DNA of 32,000 bases, taken from assembly GCA_021654395.1 (NCBI GenBank), contig AP024486.1:600001-632000 (forward strand), in the 5' to 3' direction. The stretch comes from Candidatus Saccharimonadota bacterium. GTDB lineage: Archaea > Micrarchaeota > Micrarchaeia > Micrarchaeales > Micrarchaeaceae. The notes below the pieces were generated by a model that saw only the letters and a program-made list of their open reading frames with translations, was not told the origin of the DNA and searched no databases. Positions 18,332 to 26,924 of the stretch are shown piece by piece. A program made the position numbers and the translations under genes. Every line of letters starts with the position of its first letter. Within the stretch, counting starts at the first letter, position 1.

Positions 18332-19798
18332 TTATCTGTTTAAGGTATCTTTGATTGCATCCATAAATCTACGCTCATCTTCTAAATCCTTTCTTATAGC
18401 TATCATAATATTTTCTATATTACTATTACCTGGCTCTTTAGGATAAGTTTTTGACGCTTTCATAATTATGCGCTTAATGTCTTCTACTGTTATTTCTTTA
18501 GGCTCCCTTATAGATATTAAATAGCCTATTGTGTCTCCTTCTTCATCTTCTATAGCATATAGATATCTACCTATGTGCTTGTCTTTGCTCATCTTTTCAA
18601 TGTTTGATTCAGGTAATATATACAATGCTCTTTCTGGATCTAAATTAGGAGTATCCATTAACAGCGCAACACCATGAACAGGTGTTACGCCACCATATGG
18701 GCTTCTATATATTAGCTTATTCTGGTCTTTTTTAGAAGTTAAAGACATTTTAAAGTAATCAGTAGGATATCCTCCTCTTGCATCCATTCTTGCTTTGTGC
18801 TTTATTGTAACTTCTATAATCTTATTTATATCTAAATCTGGATTAGATCTAGCAAGAGCCCTTATTAAATAACTTAACTCTTTTAATACCTCAATTTTAG
18901 TCTTACCATTATAAATCTTTTCATCATCTCGTACATTATAAGCCCCTACATCTATTCTATCTTTTACTATATCAATTAGTAACTCGTAATTTTCGTATAC
19001 TAACTTATTTAATAACTTTTCATTCTCTTCTGCTTTATTGATATCAACTATCTCCATACCATCTTTTATCTCTAAATTCATATCTAACCTTTTTGCTTGC
19101 TCTAAAAACTTTTCTCTATAATATTTTGCAGACTCTTTACTAACAAAATAAGTAAGCGTAGTTTCATCGTATATAACTATTGGTATCTCCATTGCCTTTA
19201 ATCTAGAAAGGAATAACCACTCTGCAATTCCAGGAGAGTTATGTTTTGAAGCACCCCTTCCGCCTTTACTAACAAATAGATAAAATGCGACTTTATTTAA
19301 TCTACCTGTTAATGATGCAAGTAATACTGAAGCGAGTACATCTTTTTGGTTTACAATTATCCATCTATTTAATATTCTTGCTGCCTTTTCAACGATCTCC
19401 TCTTCTCTTTTGTTATTTGCAAGCTCTTGCACCTTTTTTGATATTTCTTCTGCTTTTTTGTTTATACGCTTTTCAATGCTACTTAGACTTTTTCTCTCAT
19501 TATTCTGCTTTGCTTTTAAATATGATTCCTGTAGAGCCTCAATTTCAGCATCTCCAAGATAGTAACTTAAAATATGTGGTGTATTAGAATCCTCCTTTTT
19601 AATCATTGCAGCTAATGCATTTGGATCCTTCAGCTTGTTCAATAAATCCTTTAGCTTGCTTTCTATACTTTTATCTTCTGTTGGCTCAATATTTCTAATA
19701 AATTCTAGGATTTTATCTGAATTAACCTTTATCTTTTTAATTAAATTATAGCTGCTTTGTAGTTGTTTATCTCTTTCAATATTGCTCAATCTCACCAC
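18332..19798 (-). CDS. Hypothetical protein (488 aa), longer member of the GGVTxVHGV paralogue pair, with an N-terminal coiled-coil extension
   Basis: Blocks FYLFVSKGGRGASKHNSPGIAEWLFLSRL, IPIVIYDETT and LIYRSPYGGVTPVHGVALL are collinear with those of the 341-aa neighbour. Confidence 0.7.
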   Translation of the reverse strand: MVRLSNIERDKQLQSSYNLIKKIKVNSDKILEFIRNIEPTEDKSIESKLKDLLNKLKDPNALAAMIKKEDSNTPHILSYYLGDAEIEALQESYLKAKQNNERKSLSSIEKRINKKAEEISKKVQELANNKREEEIVEKAARILNRWIIVNQKDVLASVLLASLTGRLNKVAFYLFVSKGGRGASKHNSPGIAEWLFLSRLKAMEIPIVIYDETTLTYFVSKESAKYYREKFLEQAKRLDMNLEIKDGMEIVDINKAEENEKLLNKLVYENYELLIDIVKDRIDVGAYNVRDDEKIYNGKTKIEVLKELSYLIRALARSNPDLDINKIIEVTIKHKARMDARGGYPTDYFKMSLTSKKDQNKLIYRSPYGGVTPVHGVALLMDTPNLDPERALYILPESNIEKMSKDKHIGRYLYAIEDEEGDTIGYLISIREPKEITVEDIKRIIMKASKTYPKEPGNSNIENIMIAIRKDLEDERRFMDAIKDTLNR

Positions 19799-20018
19799 CT
19801 CGTTAAAAATATATAATACGAAAGAACTGATATATAAAACTTATCTACAACGAGAGCAGGATTTACCTATTTCAGAGTATTCAACTAAATTAATAAACCT
19901 ATGTAATTAACAAAAATAAAGCTTTTATTAGCTATACATACAATTAATCTTTAAAAATTTGAAAGTTAAGGTAATTAAATCTTCAATATAAACACTTAAA
20001 AAGCCATTATAGTAAATT

Positions 20019-20026
20019 TTTTATAT
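20019..20026 (+). promoter_or_regulatory. TATA-like box for the ORF starting at 20049
   Basis: TTTTATAT lies 23-30 nt upstream of the ATG and there is no Shine-Dalgarno sequence. This fits an archaeal promoter driving a leaderless or short-leader transcript. Confidence 0.35.
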
Positions 20027-20048
20027 CACAATATTTATTATCCTTTAT

Positions 20049-21137
20049 ATGAACTCATCTAAAGATAAGGACTTTGACCGATTATTAAATATTAGTTTCG
20101 ATGCCGCCATAGATGAGATAAAAAGCAGTATACTTGTATTAAACAATTATGATAACTTAAAAAGGTTTGAATTTAAATTTAGCTATGAAGATGATAAGAT
20201 AAAGTTTATTATAATAGACAAGGAGCTGAAAAAGGAGCACGGGCTAAAATTCAGCAAAGAGGAGCTTAAAGCAACCTCCAAGATAATTAGTAAAATAGAT
20301 AGTATGGAAATGGTTTTATTTAATGCTTTAAATAAAGATGTAGAATCTAGTAACTACGAAAATCTACAAGAATTATATTTAGATATAGTTTCGTCTTTAA
20401 TTATAATCCATAAAGTCGATGAAGAATTTAAGAATCTAGAAAAGTCATGCAAAGATGAAGAATTGAATAAACTTAAAGAGTTGAAGAGAAAGCTTATAGA
20501 AAAAATTAAGAGCGGTCCAGAAAAGCCAGAAACAGAAAGTATTAAATCATATATAAGATCAATATCTGATGCAAAAGGAGAGCTAAAGGAGGCTATTAAA
20601 GATATATTAAAAGTTCATCATGATGAAGATCTAGAAAATTTTATTAATAGCATTGACAATATAGATCAAATTAATCAAGAATCTAAAAGTAGCGAATCTA
20701 ATATATATAAGGACAAAGAAGATAAAGCCATTTATATACTAAAGTACTTACTTTCATATAGTATAATTAAATTTATATCACAAACTCTTAAGCCGCAAGA
20801 CAAGCTTAATATTGTAAACTCTTATCTCTTGTTTATATCAAAGATGTATATAGCGCAGCTTAAAGGGGATATAAGTATTGCTGAACATTTTTTAGACATA
20901 CTCGAAGCAATTGATTTAGCTATTATATATGAAGACGAATTTGAAAGTAATAAAAAAGATAAGATAGATAAGAACAGTTTACTTATATATGCGGCCTATT
21001 TTCCATCGAAGTTAATTAAATTGTTAGATTTAGAGAATAAAGATAAGATAAATATATTCTATAATTTTTCTGAAAGCGATATAAATAATATAAAAGCATT
21101 GATAGATAATGAGATAGTTAAAAATCTAACTGAATAA
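20049..21137 (+). CDS. Hypothetical protein (362 aa), paralogue of the ORF at 27781-28902
   Basis: Full-length collinear similarity to the 373-aa ORF. Examples: SIKSYIRSISDAKGELKEAIKDI / SIRSYIDNISRARKDLILYIKEI; NSYLLFISKMYI / MAYLLFTTKMRI; AIDLAIIYEDEFE / DINLILVYETFKE. Confidence 0.65.
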   Translation: MNSSKDKDFDRLLNISFDAAIDEIKSSILVLNNYDNLKRFEFKFSYEDDKIKFIIIDKELKKEHGLKFSKEELKATSKIISKIDSMEMVLFNALNKDVESSNYENLQELYLDIVSSLIIIHKVDEEFKNLEKSCKDEELNKLKELKRKLIEKIKSGPEKPETESIKSYIRSISDAKGELKEAIKDILKVHHDEDLENFINSIDNIDQINQESKSSESNIYKDKEDKAIYILKYLLSYSIIKFISQTLKPQDKLNIVNSYLLFISKMYIAQLKGDISIAEHFLDILEAIDLAIIYEDEFESNKKDKIDKNSLLIYAAYFPSKLIKLLDLENKDKINIFYNFSESDINNIKALIDNEIVKNLTE

Positions 21138-21168
21138 GAGATTAATAAAGTTGTAAAAATCATATAAT

Positions 21169-22353
21169 TTAAATAAACATATTAAGTATAATTACAAAGG
21201 CTGCTATTGTTAGAATACCACCAATTAGTATAGCAGCTAATCCTACTTTGCTAAGATTCTTTATAGAAGTTTCTCCATGCGATCCTTCTATATTAGCTGA
21301 GATTATATGCGTAGCCGGATCTGGAACTAACGCTTTAACTGGCTTATTGTCTATTGTTTTTCCTGTGTCTGCGGCGCTTCCTATACAGATGTATTTATCA
21401 GATGTAGGAATAAATAGCTCAATGAGTACTAATCTATCGCCGGCCTTATCTGGCATACGCAAAAACGATTTAACATTAAATCTATAAAATCCAAGATCTA
21501 CGTATTCTATTCCATTTATTCTAGACAAGTCTAAAATGGTATCGTTATCGTAAGCATCTTTTATATACTGCTTTAGATTTGCTTCATACCATTCCTTTGC
21601 TTTTCCTAATCTATATCCTATTATATTGCCTTTACCTTCTATGCTTTTTATATAAATTATTCTGCCCTTAGCTTCAAATTTGGGCATCTTTGCTATATCT
21701 ACTGCTAAGTAGCCCGTGCCATCAGTAAGCAAAGTTGGGACTCCTTTGCCAAAGAATTCTATCGGATGTACTAAAATGCTTGTAGTACCATCTCCATTAT
21801 ATTGTTCATCTGCATAGTAAACTCCTAAAGAATGATAAACACAATCAACATTGCTTATAACAGACTTTAGCGATTGCGCATTATATGGAATAAATGTGCC
21901 TTCCATCTTATTTAGGCCATATGAAGCAGAGTCTATTCTAGTCACAGGCATCGAAGTAAGCAGCTGACCTTTAGAAAACTCTTTAAAGCCAATATATAGT
22001 AGTGTAGGACCAGTCAAAAGGCCAAATAATAGTACTCCAATTTCAAATGCATTAGAATTTTTCATAAAAAGAATTACTGCAATTATAACAGATATATAAT
22101 AAACCAAGAATATTTTAGTTGCAAGCGATTTTGAAGTATTTTTAGATACATGTGGCGGTATATATTTACCAAAGTCTGTTTGAGTTGAATCTATATTGTT
22201 AAGATTAAATATATTAAAAGGTCTAATAATATTTCTTATTACACCACTCTTGTTATTTGCATTTTGTCCATTGCTGCTAATCTGATCAGAGCCTGAATTA
22301 AAGTTATCAAAGTTTTGCGAACTGGACATGCAAATCTTTCTAATTTTATTCAA
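21169..22353 (-). CDS. Membrane protein, probably GIDE-domain family (a common LemA neighbour)
   Basis: 394 aa with an Asn/Ser-rich N-terminus followed by two TM helices. The soluble region shows GIDE-like patterns (SLKSVISNVDCVYHSLGVYY and PTLLTDGTGYLAVDIAK). A C-terminal TM reads VGLAAILIGGILTIAAFVIILNMFI. It is divergent from lemA. Confidence 0.55.
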   Translation of the reverse strand: MNKIRKICMSSSQNFDNFNSGSDQISSNGQNANNKSGVIRNIIRPFNIFNLNNIDSTQTDFGKYIPPHVSKNTSKSLATKIFLVYYISVIIAVILFMKNSNAFEIGVLLFGLLTGPTLLYIGFKEFSKGQLLTSMPVTRIDSASYGLNKMEGTFIPYNAQSLKSVISNVDCVYHSLGVYYADEQYNGDGTTSILVHPIEFFGKGVPTLLTDGTGYLAVDIAKMPKFEAKGRIIYIKSIEGKGNIIGYRLGKAKEWYEANLKQYIKDAYDNDTILDLSRINGIEYVDLGFYRFNVKSFLRMPDKAGDRLVLIELFIPTSDKYICIGSAADTGKTIDNKPVKALVPDPATHIISANIEGSHGETSIKNLSKVGLAAILIGGILTIAAFVIILNMFI

Positions 22354-22501
22354 AAGAATTATAACAATTTAATACATTATACTTTATAAATTTTTTTGAT
22401 TTGAACTAAAATACAAATAATATTAATTAAAAAGAGTCAACTAAGCTAAAATTAGTTAAGATTTCAAAGCTTTGTTTAACTATAATTAGTTAGGTGAGTA
22501 A

Positions 22502-23077
22502 ATGGGTTTGCTTTTTTATATAGGTATCTGAATAGTAGCAATTATAGTAATAATAGCGGCCATATTTATAATAATATACAACTCATTGGTTGCATTAAAG
22601 AAGAATGTAGATAAGTCCTGGGCTAATATAGACGTTCTTTTGCAGAAGATGCATAATACATTAACAAAGCTTATAGATACAGTAAGCGCATACGCAAAGT
22701 ATGAAAAGAGCGTACTAACGCAGATCACTCAGCTTAGGACTCAATGGATTAACATACCACAAGATGATATAAAGGCAAAGATAGATAATGCTAATCAAGT
22801 ATCTGCAGCACTTAAGTCTCTATTTGCTGTTGCTGAAAACTATCCAGATCTAAAAGCAGATAATAACTTTATGCAGCTACAGCAGACAATACTCTAGTTA
22901 GAGTCACAGATTGCAGATGCAATAGAGTATTACAACAATAGCGTGACTTTATTTAATACAAAGATGCATCAGATACCATATAACACATTTGCAGGTATGC
23001 TTGGATATAAGGATATGCCATTATATCAGCCACCACCAGAGGAGAAGCAAGACGTTCAGATGAATTTTAACATATAG
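22502..23077 (+). pseudogene. lemA: LemA-family protein gene interrupted by two in-frame stop codons
   Basis: A single frame reads MGLLFYIGI*IVAIIVIIAAIFIIIYNSLVALKKNVDKSWANIDVLLQK...FAVAENYPDLKADNNFMQLQQTIL*LESQIADAIEYYNNSVTLFNTKMHQIPYNTFAGMLGYK...*. The internal stops are TGA at 22529-22531 and TAG at 22895-22897. There is no frameshift. Confidence 0.85.
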
Positions 23078-23282
23078 TTATATGGGTCTTAAATTACTAT
23101 TTTTATTTATATATAAAATTACAAGTGTCTATTTATAGATGCATAGTAATATTTAACTACAATATAAGTCATAATTAATTGATGGCCCTGCTTTTAAAGT
23201 TACTGCATACGATATACTTAATATCTCTATAAAATATATCAAAACAGATTATCTATATCTTGCTCTAAGATTCTCTATAAGT

Positions 23283-23696
23283 TTATAAATTAGAGCTATT
23301 AATTATATCTTTAAGCTCATCTTCTAAATATTTATCTATATGCTTTATTCCATAATACCCTACTACTCTGCTTTTTGAGATATCAATACTGCCAATAGAT
23401 CTACCTATTCCACGTTTCAGAGCTCCTGCATTAATATTACTTAGATGAAATTCATAAAAATAGATATCTCCTATAGCCTTTTGATTATCATATCTTATCC
23501 TCTCTATAGCTATCACATAGATTGTTTTATCTTCTGGCCTCTTACTAAACTCGAACAAAGCCCTTCTATCTTCAACTAGATAATTTATGAAGAATAGACC
23601 TTTTCCTTCTATATAACTCTTCAAATTATCAAATATCTTCTTAACAGACTCTTTAGTACTTTCATATATATCTTCATCTTTGCTCCTTTGGACCAT
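23283..23696 (-). CDS. Hypothetical small protein (137 aa), paralogue of the ORF at 26152-26688, divergent from the FtsZ-like gene
   Basis: Alignable with the 178-aa ORF: EDKTIYVIAIERIRYDNQKAIGDIYFYEF...IGSIDISKSRVVGYYGIKH versus SEDTIFHAFAIEDIKYIGKGLVGDFRIYEY...IASIDGRVVKRYGQIKF. Confidence 0.6.
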   Translation of the reverse strand: MVQRSKDEDIYESTKESVKKIFDNLKSYIEGKGLFFINYLVEDRRALFEFSKRPEDKTIYVIAIERIRYDNQKAIGDIYFYEFHLSNINAGALKRGIGRSIGSIDISKSRVVGYYGIKHIDKYLEDELKDIINSSNL

Positions 23697-23880
23697 AGAA
23701 TTTGATTACAAGCTCAGATTTTAAAATATATAAATATTTTCTCTAGTTTTTATATTTGATATCCATCTAGAAGATCTAAATATTATTCTATTAATTTCAA
23801 TATTAACTCCAGCTAAATCTTTAGATATATTATAATTCAGTAATGTTTTTAAGAATTAATTCCTTAAAGAGGATGATTAA

Positions 23881-24570
23881 ATGAAGAATGAAGACGAGTT
23901 AATTAATCATATATTTGGATACAAAGCAGATTCGGCAGATGGGTTTGTAATAGGATTAGGAAATACTGGATGCATGATAGCAGATGAGCTTCTAAAGATC
24001 AGCGATAACGATTACACAAGGAAGTATATTAAAGTTATAGAGTTAGATTCGAGTAAAGACTTTAAAGAGTATGAAGATGAACGACTTTTAAGAAAGCTTA
24101 TAGGAAAGGAGATACTTTATGACAAAGATGCTTATCTATCTGATTTTAGAGAGAACAAGCATCATACTGCTAACCCTAGATATGGTGAAGATGCAATCAA
24201 GAAGGAGAAAGAGCTTATATTAGCTCTTATAGATAGATATAAGCCAAGAGTCTTACTTATTATATCTGCCTTTGGCGGTAGCGTGGGGACTGGTGCAACA
24301 ACAGAGCTAGTTAAGTATATAAAGGCTAGGGATATTATGACTATAGGTCTAATAGTGCTTCCTTTTAAGTTTGAAAGAGAGAGAAGAGCGATAGCAGAGA
24401 GGGCATTAGATGATATTAAGAGCTACTTTGATAATATACTAACAGTAGATCTAAATAGATTTATAAATCTAGATGAAGAAGCAACCTTAAATATGACAAT
24501 GAAGCATATAGATAGAAGTATCGCAAGAATTGCAGAGAGCATCTTAACTCTTTATTCAAGACAGGTATAA
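23881..24570 (+). CDS. FtsZ/tubulin-superfamily protein with the N-terminal GTP-binding domain only (229 aa)
   Basis: Collinear with the FtsZ N-domain. FVIGLGNTGCMIADEL aligns with the G-box GxGGAGxN. NPRYGEDAIKKEKELILALI...VLLIISAFGGSVGTGATTELVKYIKA aligns with NPxiGxxAAee...ggGGGTGTGaaPviA, the tubulin signature, here GGSVGTG. TIGLIVLPFKFERERRAIAERALDDIKSYFDNILTV aligns with tvgvVTxPFxfEGxxRxxxAxxGixxLxxxvDtlivi. The protein ends just after the H7-like helix, with no T7 loop. AGAGGATGA lies 5-13 nt upstream of the ATG. Confidence 0.8.
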   Translation: MKNEDELINHIFGYKADSADGFVIGLGNTGCMIADELLKISDNDYTRKYIKVIELDSSKDFKEYEDERLLRKLIGKEILYDKDAYLSDFRENKHHTANPRYGEDAIKKEKELILALIDRYKPRVLLIISAFGGSVGTGATTELVKYIKARDIMTIGLIVLPFKFERERRAIAERALDDIKSYFDNILTVDLNRFINLDEEATLNMTMKHIDRSIARIAESILTLYSRQV

Positions 24571-24802
24571 TTTCTAATCAAAGCATAGTTTAAAGTCCTA
24601 AAGATCTAAACCTAATATTAATATGAGAGCTTATATCTTTTATTTAAGGCCTTAATAAGTTTAATATATACTATATAAAAATAATTCTTGTAAATAGCTA
24701 TCAATAAATTACTGGCTTTTTATTGTTAGAGGTTCCTATAGTCGGATAAAGTTAAAAAAATTTAAATATCAGTTTTGATTATTAAGATTATAAGATCGAT
24801 AA

Positions 24803-25951
24803 ATGAACAGGAATCTAGAGCCAATAAATATAGCAGAAGAGCGCGATATCTCAAGTCAGAATCCATGCGTTAGAAATATCTCAATTATATTACACCTTGA
24901 TAGATCTTACTTCGAAGCCTATAGATATATAAATCATACTGATGGGCATAAGACAAGAGAGCAGAATGAGGATCTAAAGGAGAAGATATCTCTATTATAT
25001 AATAGTATTAGAGATCCTAAGGTAGTAATCACATCGTTAGAAGAGGCTATCCTTGACTCTATAGGTGAAGCAACAGGCTACTCTGGAAATTATGAAAGAT
25101 GCTATAAGATATATGATAGCGTAAGGTTAGAGATAAGCGATAAACAACTAAATCCAGTTAGCTATCTACGCGATCGTTCAAGCATATACATATATCTAGA
25201 TCCAGGTACTATATTACAAGATATAATAAGTGATCCTAAATCTTCATCTACAGTCTTTTTCAAGTATAGCTTCTATAGTATACTTAAAAAAGCAGTATAC
25301 AATAATATAACAGATAGAATAAAAGCGATATTTATATTTGATACATTAAATGCTAAGGCTGATAAGAGCAGAAAGGAGCTAAAATTAGAAGGCTATATTA
25401 AAAAAGCAGAGGTTTCATACAATATATTCAAGATTATACTAAATGGAGTAATGGGCAATATTGACTCCCCTGGAGAGGCCTTTCTAAATAGATATACTGC
25501 TGATCTACATGCTATAAATGAAAGATTAAATAGTAGAAGATATAAGAAGCAGTTTAAGAAAGCTATAAATCATATCAGACTTAAACTGCTTGAGAAAGAT
25601 TTAGATATAAGAGATGAAGCTTTAGATAAAGATGTAATTAACGATGCGTTAATTGCTGTATCAACAGCATTTGTACTTTCTAATCTTATGGATAGATATA
25701 CTTTAAGCTCTGAGGAATTAAGAAAAGAGGTAGTAGTTCGCACATATGATGAAGTGCATAAAAATATGTTAAATAAGCTTACGGATCTTAGATATATATC
25801 TGATTTTGTTATAATGCGCACTAGCTATAAGTCAATAATAAGAGTTATAAAGTTACTGAGCTCGAAGGACAGACATATTAAGCCAAATACATTTAAGAAT
25901 AAGTTAATGAAGATCTTCAAGATCTTTATCAAGATCTTTAGATTAAGATAA
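24803..25951 (+). CDS. Hypothetical protein (382 aa) with a C-terminal basic amphipathic helix, a putative membrane-targeting sequence
   Basis: Long ORF 232 nt downstream of the FtsZ-like gene on the same strand. The C-terminus FKNKLMKIFKIFIKIFRLR places K/R every 3-4 residues between I/F/L/M residues. Confidence 0.6.
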   Translation: MNRNLEPINIAEERDISSQNPCVRNISIILHLDRSYFEAYRYINHTDGHKTREQNEDLKEKISLLYNSIRDPKVVITSLEEAILDSIGEATGYSGNYERCYKIYDSVRLEISDKQLNPVSYLRDRSSIYIYLDPGTILQDIISDPKSSSTVFFKYSFYSILKKAVYNNITDRIKAIFIFDTLNAKADKSRKELKLEGYIKKAEVSYNIFKIILNGVMGNIDSPGEAFLNRYTADLHAINERLNSRRYKKQFKKAINHIRLKLLEKDLDIRDEALDKDVINDALIAVSTAFVLSNLMDRYTLSSEELRKEVVVRTYDEVHKNMLNKLTDLRYISDFVIMRTSYKSIIRVIKLLSSKDRHIKPNTFKNKLMKIFKIFIKIFRLR

Positions 25952-26151
25952 CTGCTATCAAGGCTAAGGTATAATTGATAGTATAATTAAGCAGAAGCTT
26001 TATATATAAGATAGATATCTTTTTTCATATTAAGATTTAGTAGATATATAGAAGACATTTACTATAAATTAAAGACTGAAAGAAATCTAAAGATATAAAT
26101 GTAGATCTTATTAAGAACAAACTCTATATAAACTCTACTTACTCTATTATG

Positions 26152-26688
26152 CTATCTATCATTATTATCCTCTCGAATTTGACTAAAATCTTTTTTTAGA
26201 TTATGAGCCATCTCTTCATAGTCGCTAAGCATTTGATTAAGCATCTTAATAAATTTTTTTCCCCCAAACTTTATCTGACCATACCTTTTGACGACTCTTC
26301 CATCTATACTTGCAATTCCTGAACTCATGCATCTCTCTACTTCCTTGGTAACGACACCCCTTGATAGATTATTTAGATCGTCAGCCTTTAAACCATCTAT
26401 GGAGTACTCATAGATCCTAAAATCTCCAACTAGGCCTTTGCCAATATACTTAATATCTTCAATCGCAAATGCATGGAATATAGTATCCTCTGATTTCTCA
26501 GCAAACTTTATAAGAATTCTACCTCCATTTTTATTTAGCTCAACATTGAGCTTTACATAGCTATAGCCCTTATTTTTCATAAAATCTACAAACTGCTCAG
26601 CTTGTTTTCTAATTTTATTTAGCTCAATATTGAGCTTTACATAGCTATTCTCATCTTCAGGTATATTACTATCTTTATCTATATTCAT
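26152..26688 (-). CDS. Hypothetical protein (178 aa), paralogue of the ORF at 23283-23696, with an internal duplication
   Basis: See the paralogue alignment under 23283-23696. The N-terminal SYVKLN(I/V)ELNK is duplicated, encoded by 34-nt direct repeats at 26531-26564 and 26615-26648. Confidence 0.6.
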   Translation of the reverse strand: MNIDKDSNIPEDENSYVKLNIELNKIRKQAEQFVDFMKNKGYSYVKLNVELNKNGGRILIKFAEKSEDTIFHAFAIEDIKYIGKGLVGDFRIYEYSIDGLKADDLNNLSRGVVTKEVERCMSSGIASIDGRVVKRYGQIKFGGKKFIKMLNQMLSDYEEMAHNLKKDFSQIREDNNDR

Positions 26689-26924
26689 AGGCCCTCACGC
26701 ATTAGATTTAAAGGTAATTATAGCATTAATAATAAATTATCTAATATTAATAAAGAATCTATAATCTGTAATCAAACTATAATTTAAATAAGATATTCTA
26801 CAATCTCAACAAATGCCACAATGATACAAGTTTTAAATAATATATCAGAAGGCTTTATAGATTAACTGTATAAATTTAAAGCTAAGATGGATTATAGCTT
26901 AAGATCTTTATTAGCTTTAATATG

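Noticed and set aside
22529-22897. Stop-codon reassignment or programmed readthrough as the explanation for in-frame TGA/TAG in lemA and TAG in the RM remnant at 9270
   Set aside because: TAA, TGA and TAG each terminate several well-delimited genes in the window. For example, TAG ends the ITPase and DUF72 genes at family-typical lengths, and TGA ends the 857-aa ORF. Ordinary nonsense mutations are more parsimonious.
24803-25951. The 382-aa ORF as the missing FtsZ C-terminal domain, i.e. a split ftsZ
   Set aside because: I could not align any T7-loop (NxDFaDv) or FtsZ C-domain pattern. The nearest motif, GNIDSPGEAF, is too weak. A 232-nt noncoding gap with its own promoter-like AT box separates the two genes.
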